Of a stretch of 64,000 nucleotides of DNA, positions 36,002 to 46,280 are shown in pieces. The notes below the pieces were generated by a model. The model had not been told where the DNA came from and made no database searches. It saw only the letters and a program-made list of their open reading frames with translations. The stretch is from Pseudomonas aeruginosa PAO1. Lineage in GTDB: Bacteria; Pseudomonadota; Gammaproteobacteria; Pseudomonadales; Pseudomonadaceae. Where the stretch lies: the NCBI RefSeq assembly GCF_000006765.1, contig NC_002516.2. The stretch is one strand, 5' to 3'. The first letter of the stretch is position 1. Every line of letters begins with the position of its first letter. A program made the translations under genes and the position numbers.

Positions 36002-37484
36002 GCTGCTGAGCCGGGAGGAATACGCGGCCATCGCCGCGACGCTGGACCTTCCCCAGCGCGCCTTCATCGACGGAGGGTTCCGCGATGCCTGCGGCGGCCG
36101 CACCTTCGCCTCGACCAACCCGGCCACCGGCGAGCTGCTGGCGCAGGTCGCCGCCTGCGACGCGGAGGACGTCGGGCACGCCGTGGCCAGCGCGCGGCGG
36201 GCGTTCGAGGACGGCCGCTGGCGCTCGCGCACGCCCGCCGAGCGCAAGGCGGCGCTGCTGCGCCTGGCCGAGCTGCTGGAAGAGCACCTGCTGGAACTGG
36301 CGGTGATGGAGAGCCTCGACAGCGGCAAGCCGATCCGCGAATGCCAGCACACCGACCTGCCGGAAACCATCAATACCCTGCGCTGGCATGCCGAACTGAT
36401 CGACAAGATCTACGACAGCACCGCCCCGGTCGGTTCGGCGGCGCTGGCCATGGTGGTGCGCGAGCCGATCGGCGTGGTCGGCCTGGTGCTGCCGTGGAAC
36501 TTCCCGCTGCTGATGCTCGCCTGGAAGATCGGCCCGGCGCTGGCGGCAGGCTGCTCCGTAGTGGTCAAGCCGGCCCCCGAGACCAGCCTGACCGCCCTGC
36601 GCGTCGCCGAACTGGCCAGCCAGGCGGGGATCCCCGCCGGGGTGTTCAACGTGGTCCCCGGCGGCGGCCGCGAGGCCGGCGAACCGCTGGGCCGCCACCC
36701 GGACGTGGCGATGGTCAGCTTCACCGGCTCCACCGCGACCGGCCGCCTGTTCCTCAAGTACGCCGCCGAGTCCAACCTCAAGCGGGTGGTACTGGAGTGC
36801 GGCGGCAAGAACCCGGCGGTGGTGATGAACGATGTCGAGGACCTCGACCTGGTGGCGCAACACGTGGTCAACGGCGCGTTCTGGAACATGGGCGAGAACT
36901 GCTCGGCGTCCTCGCGGCTGATCGTCCACGCCGAGGTCCGCGAGGCGCTGCTCGAACGCATCGGCGCGCAGCTCCGCGAGTGGCGCATGGGCGACCCGCT
37001 GGATCCGCGTAATCGCCTCGGCGCGCTGGTCAGCCCGGCGCACTTCGAGAAGGTCCGCGCGTACCTCGACCAGGCCAGGACGGAGCGGTTGGCGGTGCGC
37101 TTCGGCGGCGCCACCGAGGCTGGCATCTTCGTCGAGCCGACCGTGGTCGATGGCGTCTCGCCGCACAGCCGGCTGTTCCGCGAGGAAATCTTCGGCCCGC
37201 TGCTCTCGGTCACCTCTTTCGACGACATCGACGAAGCCATCGCCCTGGCCAACGACACCGTCTACGGCCTCGCCGCCTCGGCCTACACCGGCAGCCTGCG
37301 CCACGCACTGCGCCTGTCGCGGGAGATCCGCGCGGGGATCGTCACCGTCAACTGCTTCGGCGAGGGCGACGCCTCGACGCCCTTCGGCGGCTACAAGGAG
37401 TCAGGCTTCGGCGGTCGCGACAAGTCGGTCTGGGCACACGACCAGTACACAGAGTTGAAGACCATCTGGATCGACGCTTCCTGA
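35994..37484 (+). CDS. NAD-dependent aldehyde dehydrogenase (PuuC-like)
   Basis: PWNFP, FTGST, LECGGKNP, GENCSASSR, EEIFGP, PFGGYKESG. Confidence 0.92.
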   Translation: MTELLSREEYAAIAATLDLPQRAFIDGGFRDACGGRTFASTNPATGELLAQVAACDAEDVGHAVASARRAFEDGRWRSRTPAERKAALLRLAELLEEHLLELAVMESLDSGKPIRECQHTDLPETINTLRWHAELIDKIYDSTAPVGSAALAMVVREPIGVVGLVLPWNFPLLMLAWKIGPALAAGCSVVVKPAPETSLTALRVAELASQAGIPAGVFNVVPGGGREAGEPLGRHPDVAMVSFTGSTATGRLFLKYAAESNLKRVVLECGGKNPAVVMNDVEDLDLVAQHVVNGAFWNMGENCSASSRLIVHAEVREALLERIGAQLREWRMGDPLDPRNRLGALVSPAHFEKVRAYLDQARTERLAVRFGGATEAGIFVEPTVVDGVSPHSRLFREEIFGPLLSVTSFDDIDEAIALANDTVYGLAASAYTGSLRHALRLSREIRAGIVTVNCFGEGDASTPFGGYKESGFGGRDKSVWAHDQYTELKTIWIDAS

Positions 37485-37651
37485 AGCTGTCCGGCCCGCA
37501 AGGGCCGGCACTCCCGCCTGGCGGCGAGACCGGACAACCGGGCCGGACAGGCGACCAAGTGCAGACAACACCCATTCTGCATAACGTTCCGTCGCTATGC
37601 TGCTGCCTCCACCCTTCCCTTTTCCGCCAGGAACGACACGGAGACTCATCC

Positions 37652-38848
37652 ATGACGGACAACCATATCGATGTACTGATCAACGGCTGCGGCATCGGCG
37701 GGGCGATGCTCGCCTACCTGCTCGGCCGCCAGGGCCACCGCGTGGTGGTAGTGGAACAGGCACGGCGCGAACGCGCGATCAACGGCGCCGACCTGCTCAA
37801 GCCGGCCGGCATCCGGGTGGTCGAGGCGGCCGGGTTGTTGGCCGAGGTGACCCGTCGCGGTGGGCGGGTCCGCCATGAGCTGGAGGTCTATCACGACGGC
37901 GAGCTGCTTCGCTATTTCAACTATTCCAGCGTCGACGCGCGCGGCTATTTCATCCTCATGCCCTGCGAGTCGCTGCGCCGCCTGGTACTGGAAAAAATCG
38001 ACGGCGAAGCGACCGTCGAGATGCTGTTCGAGACCCGCATCGAAGCGGTGCAGCGCGACGAGCGCCACGCGATCGACCAGGTGCGCCTGAACGACGGCCG
38101 CGTGCTGCGTCCGCGGGTGGTGGTGGGAGCCGACGGTATCGCCTCCTACGTGCGCCGCCGGCTGCTCGATATCGATGTGGAACGCCGCCCCTACCCGTCG
38201 CCGATGCTGGTCGGCACCTTCGCCCTGGCGCCCTGCGTGGCCGAGCGCAACCGCCTGTACGTGGACTCGCAGGGCGGGCTGGCCTACTTCTATCCGATCG
38301 GTTTCGACCGCGCGCGACTGGTGGTGAGCTTCCCCAGGGAGGAGGCGCGCGAGCTGATGGCCGACACCCGCGGCGAGTCGCTGCGCCGGCGCTTGCAACG
38401 CTTCGTCGGCGACGAGAGCGCCGAGGCGATCGCCGCCGTCACCGGCACTTCGCGCTTCAAGGGCATCCCCATCGGCTACCTGAACCTGGACCGCTACTGG
38501 GCGGACAACGTGGCGATGCTCGGCGACGCCATCCACAACGTGCATCCGATCACCGGCCAGGGCATGAACCTGGCCATCGAGGACGCCAGCGCCCTGGCCG
38601 ACGCCCTCGACCTGGCCTTGCGCGACGCCTGCGCGCTGGAGGATGCCCTGGCCGGCTACCAGGCCGAGCGCTTCCCGGTGAACCAGGCGATCGTCTCCTA
38701 TGGCCATGCGTTGGCCACCAGCCTGGAGGATCGCCAGCGCTTCGCCGGGGTCTTCGACACCGCCCTGCAGGGCAGCAGCCGTACGCCGGAAGCCCTGGGC
38801 GGCGAGCGCTCCTACCAGCCGGTGCGGTCGCCGGCGCCGCTCGGCTGA
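37652..38848 (+). CDS. pqsL: Flavin-dependent monooxygenase PqsL (HQNO biosynthesis)
   Basis: 398 aa; NGCGIGG, VVGADG, MLGDAIHNVHPITGQGMN. Confidence 0.93.
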   Translation: MTDNHIDVLINGCGIGGAMLAYLLGRQGHRVVVVEQARRERAINGADLLKPAGIRVVEAAGLLAEVTRRGGRVRHELEVYHDGELLRYFNYSSVDARGYFILMPCESLRRLVLEKIDGEATVEMLFETRIEAVQRDERHAIDQVRLNDGRVLRPRVVVGADGIASYVRRRLLDIDVERRPYPSPMLVGTFALAPCVAERNRLYVDSQGGLAYFYPIGFDRARLVVSFPREEARELMADTRGESLRRRLQRFVGDESAEAIAAVTGTSRFKGIPIGYLNLDRYWADNVAMLGDAIHNVHPITGQGMNLAIEDASALADALDLALRDACALEDALAGYQAERFPVNQAIVSYGHALATSLEDRQRFAGVFDTALQGSSRTPEALGGERSYQPVRSPAPLG

Positions 38849-38856
38849 ACCCGCCA

Positions 38857-38886
38857 GCGCGGCCGGAGCGTAGCGTCCGGCCGCGC
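38857..38886. terminator. Hairpin between convergent pqsL and oxygenase genes
   Basis: GCGCGGCCGGA / TCCGGCCGCGC 11-bp stem. Confidence 0.6.
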
Positions 38887-38888
38887 GC

Positions 38889-39893
38889 CTAGAGCAGGTC
38901 GCGGCGCAACTGCGGGAATACCTTGGCCACCTTGTTCAGCAGGTAGTCGCCGTACTCGCCGTGGAAAGCGTGGACGTTGGCCTGGTCCCAGCGACGGGCG
39001 CTGTCATCCTGTTCCGGCACCTCGGGCAGCCCTTCGATGGGCTGCACGCGGGCATGGAAGTTCGGATCGAAGAACAGCGGGAACGACAGGCGGTCGCGCC
39101 CCGAAGTGTTGCGTGCCACCCGGTGCGGCGTGCTGCGGTAGAGGCCGCCGGTCATGCGTTCGAGCATGTCTCCGAGGTTGCAGACGAACGAGCCCGGTAT
39201 CGGCGGAGCCTCCAGCCAGCCCTGTGGGGTGCGCACCTGCAGGCCGCCGATGGCGTCCTGGTGGAGCAGCGTGAGCAGGCCGTAGTCGGTGTGTTCGCCG
39301 ACGCCCCACTGCACGTCGAGGCCCTCCGGCACTGGCTGGCTCGGGTAATTGAACAGGCGGAAGAGGATCAGCGGATCGCCGGTATAGCGCGCGGCGAAGT
39401 AGTCGGCTTCCAGTCCCAGACCGAGGGCGATGCCCTCCATCAGCCGGTGGCCGACGCGGGTGGTTGCGTCCAGGTACTCCAGCAGCGTCTCGCGCAGGCC
39501 GGGCACCTCGGGGAACAGGTTGGCTCCATGCAGCGGCGTCCCGGCGCGCACTTCGGGATGCTCAGCGTCCAGTTCGCTGCCCAGGTACAAGCCTTCCTTC
39601 CAGTCCGGGCGGTTGGAGGTCAGTTCGCCGCCAAGAGGGAAATAGCCGCGCCAGGCGCGCCCGCCAAGCTCCATGCGCCAACGCAGCTTGCTCGTCTCGT
39701 CGAGGGCGAAGAACTGCCGCGCCAGGCGCTCCAGGCGCTCGACCAGTTGCGCCTCGACGCCGTGCCCGACCACGTAGAAGAAGCCCTGCTCGCGGCAGGC
39801 GCGGTCGATTCGCACGGCGACCGACCGTCGCGCCGCCGGGTCGCTGCCGGCAAGGGCGGCGATATCGATGATCGGCAGACTCGGAGTGCTCAT
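38889..39893 (-). CDS. IPNS-family Fe(II)/2-oxoglutarate oxygenase
   Basis: [21 protein letters not shown] (HxD), STPHRV, RLSFP (RxS). Confidence 0.92.
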   Translation of the reverse strand: MSTPSLPIIDIAALAGSDPAARRSVAVRIDRACREQGFFYVVGHGVEAQLVERLERLARQFFALDETSKLRWRMELGGRAWRGYFPLGGELTSNRPDWKEGLYLGSELDAEHPEVRAGTPLHGANLFPEVPGLRETLLEYLDATTRVGHRLMEGIALGLGLEADYFAARYTGDPLILFRLFNYPSQPVPEGLDVQWGVGEHTDYGLLTLLHQDAIGGLQVRTPQGWLEAPPIPGSFVCNLGDMLERMTGGLYRSTPHRVARNTSGRDRLSFPLFFDPNFHARVQPIEGLPEVPEQDDSARRWDQANVHAFHGEYGDYLLNKVAKVFPQLRRDLL

Positions 39894-39901
39894 GGCGTTC
39901 C

Positions 39902-40645
39902 TCACAGGGGTTGGGCGAAGGGGGTGCGGATGTCGGCGAGGAACTTCCGCGCACGCGGGTGCTGCGGGCGGTTGAAGAAATCGTCGGGGCTGGCGCGCTC
40001 CAGCACCCGGCCGGCGTCCATGAACAGCACGCGGTCGGCGACGTCGTGGGCGAAGCCCATCTCATGCGTTACCACCACCATGGTCATGCCGTCGCGGGCC
40101 AGGTCGCGCATCACCAGCAGCACCTCGCCGACCATCTCCGGGTCGAGGGCGCTGGTCGGTTCGTCGAACAGCATCAGCGGCGGCTCCATCGCCAGCGCGC
40201 GGGCGATCGCCACGCGCTGCTGCTGGCCGCCGGAAAGCCGCGCGGGGAACGCCGCCGCTTTGTCCGCCAGGCCGACCCGCTCCAGCAGCGCCATGGCCTG
40301 GCGGCGTGCCTCCGCGGGTTTCAGGCCGCGCAAACGGAGCGACGCCAGGGTGCAGTTGTCCAGCACGTTCAGGTGCGGGAACAGATTGAACTGCTGGAAC
40401 ACGAAGCCGATGTGCGAGCGGAAGCGATTGAGGTCCAGGCCGGGAGCGTGGATGTCCTGGCCATCGATCAGGATGCGCCCGCCCTGGATCGGTTCCAGGC
40501 GGTTCAGGGTACGGATCAGGGTGGATTTTCCGGAGCCCGAGGGTCCGCAGACCACCACCACCTCACCGCGGCCGACCTGTTCGTCGACATCCGCCAGGGC
40601 GTGGTAGGCGCCGTACCATTTGTTGACCTTTTCCAGCCGGATCAT
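39902..40645 (-). CDS. Polar amino acid ABC transporter ATP-binding protein
   Basis: [35 protein letters not shown]. Confidence 0.93.
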   Translation of the reverse strand: MIRLEKVNKWYGAYHALADVDEQVGRGEVVVVCGPSGSGKSTLIRTLNRLEPIQGGRILIDGQDIHAPGLDLNRFRSHIGFVFQQFNLFPHLNVLDNCTLASLRLRGLKPAEARRQAMALLERVGLADKAAAFPARLSGGQQQRVAIARALAMEPPLMLFDEPTSALDPEMVGEVLLVMRDLARDGMTMVVVTHEMGFAHDVADRVLFMDAGRVLERASPDDFFNRPQHPRARKFLADIRTPFAQPL

Positions 40646-41346
40646 CGGGCCTCCTTGGGATTGCCACGCTGCGCCTGGCGGCGTTCGAGCCAGAAGGCGA
40701 AACGCGACAGGCCGAAGCACAGGATGAAATAGGTGAGGCCGAGGATCAGGTAGACCTGGGTCGGCAGGGTGAACACCTGGGTATTGATCTGCGAGGCGAT
40801 GAAGCTGACTTCGGCCAGGCCGATGATGTAGCCCAGGGAGGTCTCCTTGATCGTCGAGACGAATTGGTTGACCAACGACGGCAGCATGTTGCGCAGCGCC
40901 TGCGGGAGGACCACCAGGCGCATGCTCGCCAGGTAGCCCAGGCCGAGCGAACGCGCCGCCTCGAACTGGCCACGGTCGAGGCCCTGGATGCCGGCGCGGA
41001 CGATCTCGGCCAGGTACACCGCGTCGAACAGCACAAGCGCCAGCAGCATGGTGGTGAACTGGTCGGTGCGCTGGCCGGTGAGGGTCGGCAGGAAGAAATA
41101 GGCCCAGAAGATCACCATCAGCAACGGCACCCCGCGCACCACGAAGACCAGCGCGGTGACCGGCCAGCGCAGCCAGCGCCAGGGGCTGACCCGCGCCAGG
41201 CCGAGCAGGATGCCCAGCGGCAGCGCCAGCAGCAGCGCCAGCGAGGCCAGGACCAGGGTCAGGGCCAGCCCGCCCAACGGCCCGTTGGGGTACTGGCCGA
41301 CGAGGAAGTACAGCCAGTAGCTATCGATCAGTTCCAGGGTGGTCAT
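40642..41346 (-). CDS. Polar amino acid ABC permease (HisM-like)
   Basis: [30 protein letters not shown]. Confidence 0.9.
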   Translation of the reverse strand: MTTLELIDSYWLYFLVGQYPNGPLGGLALTLVLASLALLLALPLGILLGLARVSPWRWLRWPVTALVFVVRGVPLLMVIFWAYFFLPTLTGQRTDQFTTMLLALVLFDAVYLAEIVRAGIQGLDRGQFEAARSLGLGYLASMRLVVLPQALRNMLPSLVNQFVSTIKETSLGYIIGLAEVSFIASQINTQVFTLPTQVYLILGLTYFILCFGLSRFAFWLERRQAQRGNPKEAR

Positions 41347-42041
41347 CGCCGTTCGACTCCCGGATAGCGCTGCTGGTACCAGGCAGCGGCGCCGGTGATC
41401 AGCAGCGATACGCTGAGATAGGCCGCGGTGGCGAAGGCAAAGGACTCGAAGCTGCGGAAGGTCGAACTCTCCACCTGGCCGGCCTGGTACATCAGCTCGG
41501 CGACGCCGATCACCGTGGCGATGCTGGTGTTCTTCCACAGGTTGAGGGTTTGCGAGATCAGCGGCGGTACGGTGATCCGCAAGGCCTGCGGGAGGATCAC
41601 CAGTCGCATGCTCGCCAGGTAGCCGAAGCCCAGCGCGCGGGCGGCCTCCAGTTGCACCGTGGGCACCGCGCGGATGCCGCTGCGCATGTCCTCACTCATG
41701 AACGCGGCGGTGTACAGGGTCAGCGCGACGATAGCGCTGGCGGCCTCGATGTTGCCGGCGTAGAGCCAGGCCTTGAGGTCCTCGGGTAGCCATTCCGGCG
41801 CGGCGAAGTACCAGAACAGCATGTGCGCCAGCAGCGGTACGTTGCGGATGCTCTCGACATAGGCGAAACCGAGCCATTGCAGGGCGCGGAACGGCGCCAG
41901 GCGCAGCAGCGCCACCAGCATCGCCAGCGGCACGGCGAAGACCAGGGTGACGGCGGCCAGCTTCAGCGACAGCAGCAGGCCGGCGACCAGCATCTCATGG
42001 TACTGGCCGCGCAGCAGCAGGGAGAAATCGAACTCGAACAT
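41343..42041 (-). CDS. Polar amino acid ABC permease (HisQ-like)
   Basis: IRNVPLL, SEDMRSGI, EAARALG, ILPQA. Confidence 0.9.
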   Translation of the reverse strand: MFEFDFSLLLRGQYHEMLVAGLLLSLKLAAVTLVFAVPLAMLVALLRLAPFRALQWLGFAYVESIRNVPLLAHMLFWYFAAPEWLPEDLKAWLYAGNIEAASAIVALTLYTAAFMSEDMRSGIRAVPTVQLEAARALGFGYLASMRLVILPQALRITVPPLISQTLNLWKNTSIATVIGVAELMYQAGQVESSTFRSFESFAFATAAYLSVSLLITGAAAWYQQRYPGVERR

Positions 42042-42125
42042 GGGAAAGGCGCACGCTGTCCGCGAGGACTCACAGGGGACGGGCGGCGACGCGCATGGTC
42101 GCCGTCACGCAGAGACGTCAGGCGC

Positions 42126-42956
42126 TCACTCGGGGATCCGGTCGGAATCGATCTTGAAGTGGCGCTCGCTGAGGTTGGACTTGGTGCCCGGCCCGTACCA
42201 CTTGAGGTACAGCTGCTCCGCCGCGCCGCTGCGCTCCAGGCCGGCGAGGGTCGAGTCGACCAGTTGCTTGAGTTGCGGATTGCCCTTGCGGAAGGCGATG
42301 GCCAGGGCCTCGGTACTCAGGTTCTCCGGCAGGATGGCGTAGCCGCCGGCCGCCGCGCCGAGCTTGCCGAAATCGTTGACCAGTGCCGACTCGTCGTCGA
42401 CGAAGGCCTGACCCTTGCCCTGCTGCAACGCCAGCAGCGCCTGCTGGCTGGTCTCGAAGGTGACCACCTGGGCGTTGGGCAACGCCTTGCGGATGTTCGG
42501 CTCCTGGGTGCCGCCCTTGACCGTCAGCACCTTCTTGCCGTCGAGGTCATGCAGCGAGGCGAAGCCGGCGTTCTTCTTCACCAGGGCCTTCTGCCCGGTG
42601 ACGATGATCGAATAGGAGAAATCCACCAGCGCCTCGCGCTCCTTGTTGTGGGTCAGCGAGGCGGCGAGCAGGTCCACGTGGCCCTGCTGCAACTCCGGGA
42701 TACGCGCCGCCACGGAAATCTGCTTGAACACCGGCTTGACCCCGATGGCCTTGGCGATCTCGGTACCAAGATCGACCTCGTAGCCGATGATCTGACGGGT
42801 CTTCGGGTCGATGAAGCTGTTCGGCTCGTCGGTGCCAAGGGTGCCGATGACGATCTCGCCCTTTTTGCGGATGTCGGCCAGGTCGTCGGCATGGGCAGCG
42901 CTGCCGATCAGGGTGAACACAGCCGCCAAGGCTGCGCCAAGCAGGCGAATCTTCAT
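42126..42956 (-). CDS. Family 3 ABC substrate-binding protein
   Basis: Signal peptide; IIGYEVDLG, RIPELQQGHVDL, REALVDFS. Confidence 0.9.
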   Translation of the reverse strand: MKIRLLGAALAAVFTLIGSAAHADDLADIRKKGEIVIGTLGTDEPNSFIDPKTRQIIGYEVDLGTEIAKAIGVKPVFKQISVAARIPELQQGHVDLLAASLTHNKEREALVDFSYSIIVTGQKALVKKNAGFASLHDLDGKKVLTVKGGTQEPNIRKALPNAQVVTFETSQQALLALQQGKGQAFVDDESALVNDFGKLGAAAGGYAILPENLSTEALAIAFRKGNPQLKQLVDSTLAGLERSGAAEQLYLKWYGPGTKSNLSERHFKIDSDRIPE

Positions 42957-43111
42957 GATGGGTATCTCGCGGAGGAATGGGGTTCGACGTCGGGCGCCGG
43001 GTGGGCCGCAGTCTATTAATAACCAAACATCCGGTGAAATATGGTTTTCATATAACCATATGAGATATCAAACTATGCCACTTCCCGCCCCGCGCCAGGG
43101 CCCGCGCGCGC

Positions 43112-43756
43112 TCAGGTGCCCTCGCGCAAGCGCAGCGGGTCCACCAGCCCGGCGGCGATGGCCATGCCCACCAGCTCCGGCAGGGTCTGGGCCTGCATGC
43201 GCTTCATCACCCGCGCGCGGTAGAGGTCGACGGTCTTCACGCTGACTTCCAGTTGCTCGGCCACCTCGCGGCTGGTATAGCCGCGCACCAGCGGCAAGAG
43301 CACGTCGCGCTCGCGCGGGGTGAGGCTGTCCAGGCGTTCGTGCAACCCGGCGTCGAGATCGTGGTGCCGGCGCCGACGGGCGTGGCGATCGAGGGCCTGC
43401 TGCACGCTGTCGAGCAGCAATTGTTCGTTGTAGGGTTTCTCGATGAAATCCACCGCACCGGCCTTGAAGGCGCGCACCACGATGGGCACGTCGGCATGGC
43501 CGCTGACGAAGATCACCGGCAGGTCGATGCCGCGCGCCAGCAGTTCGTCCTGCACGTTCAGCCCGCCCATGCCGGGCATCCGCACGTCGAGCAGGACGCA
43601 GGCATGGCGGCCGCCCTCGCAGGCATCGAGGAAGTCCCGGCCCTGGGTGAAGGGCCGTGCCTTGAGGCCGACCGATTCCAGCAGCCAGACCGTCGATTCG
43701 AGCATGCCCTGGTCGTCGTCGACCACGTAGACCAGCGCTTCGTCAGGCATAGCCAT
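43112..43756 (-). CDS. bfiR: FixJ-type response regulator BfiR
   Basis: YVVDDD, LLDVRMPG, DFIEKP, LTPRERDVL LuxR-type HTH. Confidence 0.88.
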   Translation of the reverse strand: MAMPDEALVYVVDDDQGMLESTVWLLESVGLKARPFTQGRDFLDACEGGRHACVLLDVRMPGMGGLNVQDELLARGIDLPVIFVSGHADVPIVVRAFKAGAVDFIEKPYNEQLLLDSVQQALDRHARRRRHHDLDAGLHERLDSLTPRERDVLLPLVRGYTSREVAEQLEVSVKTVDLYRARVMKRMQAQTLPELVGMAIAAGLVDPLRLREGT

Positions 43757-43758
43757 CG

Positions 43759-46035
43759 TTACCCTCCCGTGGCGCCGGCGGCGAGCGGCAGCCGGCAGTT
43801 CATGAGCAACCCGCCATCCGCCGGCAGCTCGGCTTCGAGGGTGCCGCCGAAGCCCTCGACGATGCTGCGGCTCATCGACAGGCCCAGGCCCAGCCCTTCC
43901 GGCTTGCTGGTGTGGAACGGCGTGAAAATGTGTTCCAGCTGATCCGCCGGCACTCCCGGTCCCTGGTCGCGAACCCACAGGCAGAGCAGCCCGCCGGGCT
44001 CGACGCGGCTACCGATGACGACCCGCGACGGCGAGCCGGGATGCGCCTCGCGGTTGGCTTCGATGGCGTTGCGCAGCAGATTGAGGAACACCTGTTCGAG
44101 CAGCACGCGGTCGGCATACAGCGGCGGCGGATTGTCGGTCATCGCCTCTTCCACCGCCACTTGCCAGTGCCCGGCTTCCCACGCGCAGAGGCCGATGGCC
44201 TCGCGTGCCACCTGGTTGAGGTCGAGCGCCTGCAGGCGCCGCTGGCCCTTGCGCAGGAAGGCGCGCAGGCGCTTGATCACCTCCGCCGCGTGGCCGGCGT
44301 GCTCGCCGATCCGCGCCAGCCCCTCGGCCACCCGCCCGGCGGCCTCGGGCTGGCTGCCGAGGACGGCCAGGTAACGCTGGCTGGTGCTGGCGTAGTTCAT
44401 CACCGCCGCCAGCGGCTGGTTGATCTCGTGGGCGATGCCCGAGGCCAGTTCGCCGAGAGTGACCAGCCGCGCAGTGTGCGCCAGTTCGTCCTGGTGACGG
44501 CGCTGCTGGGCCTCGCGCAGTTCGCGTTCGGTCATGTCGCGGGCCACCAGCGAGTAATAGCGCTCCTCGCCGCGGCCGCGATGGGCCAGCAACACCAGCG
44601 AGACTGGCAGCGACGGACGTCCGTCCTGCGGTTGCAGGCGCCCCTCGCGGCTCCAAACGCCGCCATCGCGCGCCTGTCGCCAACCCTCTTCGGCCAGCCG
44701 CGCCGGAGTGTCGCCGGCCAGCAGGCGTTCCAGCGCCGGCGCCTCCTGCCCGTCGGCGATGCCGAGGGCGGCACGTGCCGAAGGATTGAGGTAGGTGACG
44801 CGGCCGCCATGCTCGACGAACAGCACCAGGTCGGTGTTCGCCTCGACCACTTCGGCCAGGCGCCGGCGGTTCTCCTCCGCCTCGACCCGCCGGGTGACAT
44901 CGCGGGACACGCTGACCACCTCCACCACCGCCCCGGTGTAGGTCTCGCGGATCGCCCGGCTGGCGGTCTCGAACCAGCGGTAGCGGCCGTCGCGGTGGCG
45001 GATACGGTAGGTGATGGTCAGGTAGCCGTCCTGCTCCAGCGCTTCGCGCGCGCGCAGCGCCACCTGGCCGCGGTCCTGGGGGTGGAACAACGCCTGCGCC
45101 GGACGCCCGCGCAGTTCCTCCGGCCAGTAGCCGAGCAGGGTCCAGGAGGCCGGCGAGGCGTCGAGGAAAATGCCGTCGAGGGTATGCCGGGAAATCAGGT
45201 CGGTGGTGTTCTCGGTGATCAGCCGGTACAGCCGGCTGGCCCGCGCCGCCTCGCGCTCGCCGCGCAGGCTGGCGGTGGCGTCGCGGCAGCGCGCCAGCAC
45301 CCGGGCCTCGGCGCTGTCGGGAATGAACTGCCAGAGCAGGATGCGCCCGTCGCACTCCGCCTCCACCTCGCCGAGGGCCCGCGCCTGCCCCAGGCTGGCG
45401 CGCACCAGTTGCCCATGGTTGGCCGGGAGGTAAGCGCGCCAGGCCTCGCGCGGCCGCTCGCCAAGCAAGGCAAGGAAGGCCTGGTTGAGTTCCACCGCCT
45501 GCGCCTCGCCGTCGAGCAGCAGCGCCGGCTGCGGGTCGGCCGCGAGGAACGGCGCAGCGCGGGTGACGCCACGGGCGGCGGCGAGCAACGGTGCGAGGAG
45601 CAGGCCGAGCCAGTCCAGCGCAGCGCTCTGCGGCGTATCGCTGGCCACCAGCAGCAGGCCTTCGTCGCCGGCCTGCAGGTCGAGGGCGAAGGCCATGCCA
45701 TGCTCCACGCCGGCACGCCGCAAGCGCGCGCCGAGCCAGGACGCGGAACGCCGCAATTCGTCCAGAGCCAGCCGGCCGTCGCGCACCAGCCGCTCGCGCA
45801 ACGCCAGGTCGCTGGCCCGGTTCGGCTCGCCGGCGCCCGGCGGCAGCGCCGGCGACGGCGGCACCGGGGTATAGGTCTGCGCCTGCGGCTGCCAGGCCAG
45901 GTACCAGGCCTGGCGCGTGCCCGGATGTTCGAGCAGCAAGCGGCGCAGCGCACCGACCCGCTCGACCAGCGGCGCGCCCTCGCGCAGCAGGCGCAGGAGG
46001 CTGTTGAGGGCAGGCGAAGCGGGAAGCGGACTCAT
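43759..46035 (-). CDS. bfiS: PAS-domain sensor histidine kinase BfiS
   Basis: 758 aa; PAS repeats, H-box SGIAHEINQPL, N-box NLLRNA, DQGPG, GLGLGL. No evident TM segment. Confidence 0.88.
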   Translation of the reverse strand: MSPLPASPALNSLLRLLREGAPLVERVGALRRLLLEHPGTRQAWYLAWQPQAQTYTPVPPSPALPPGAGEPNRASDLALRERLVRDGRLALDELRRSASWLGARLRRAGVEHGMAFALDLQAGDEGLLLVASDTPQSAALDWLGLLLAPLLAAARGVTRAAPFLAADPQPALLLDGEAQAVELNQAFLALLGERPREAWRAYLPANHGQLVRASLGQARALGEVEAECDGRILLWQFIPDSAEARVLARCRDATASLRGEREAARASRLYRLITENTTDLISRHTLDGIFLDASPASWTLLGYWPEELRGRPAQALFHPQDRGQVALRAREALEQDGYLTITYRIRHRDGRYRWFETASRAIRETYTGAVVEVVSVSRDVTRRVEAEENRRRLAEVVEANTDLVLFVEHGGRVTYLNPSARAALGIADGQEAPALERLLAGDTPARLAEEGWRQARDGGVWSREGRLQPQDGRPSLPVSLVLLAHRGRGEERYYSLVARDMTERELREAQQRRHQDELAHTARLVTLGELASGIAHEINQPLAAVMNYASTSQRYLAVLGSQPEAAGRVAEGLARIGEHAGHAAEVIKRLRAFLRKGQRRLQALDLNQVAREAIGLCAWEAGHWQVAVEEAMTDNPPPLYADRVLLEQVFLNLLRNAIEANREAHPGSPSRVVIGSRVEPGGLLCLWVRDQGPGVPADQLEHIFTPFHTSKPEGLGLGLSMSRSIVEGFGGTLEAELPADGGLLMNCRLPLAAGATGG

Positions 46036-46280
46036 GGGCGGAAGATGATCCTGGGAATTTATATGGTATTTATACTATAAGCTTATGGTTTAACTTCCAT
46101 ATATTTTTCATCGTTGCTATAAATCGCCCCAACCCAAGGAGCGCTTCGCCTGGTCCTTGGAAGCTGTTCACGATCTGCCGAGCCAGAGAAACCAGCCGTT
46201 TTCGACGCAGTCTCTCCGCGCGCGGCAGATCGTGACCCTTACCCAGAACAGAGCTAACAATCAGCCACGGGGTACTCTTC

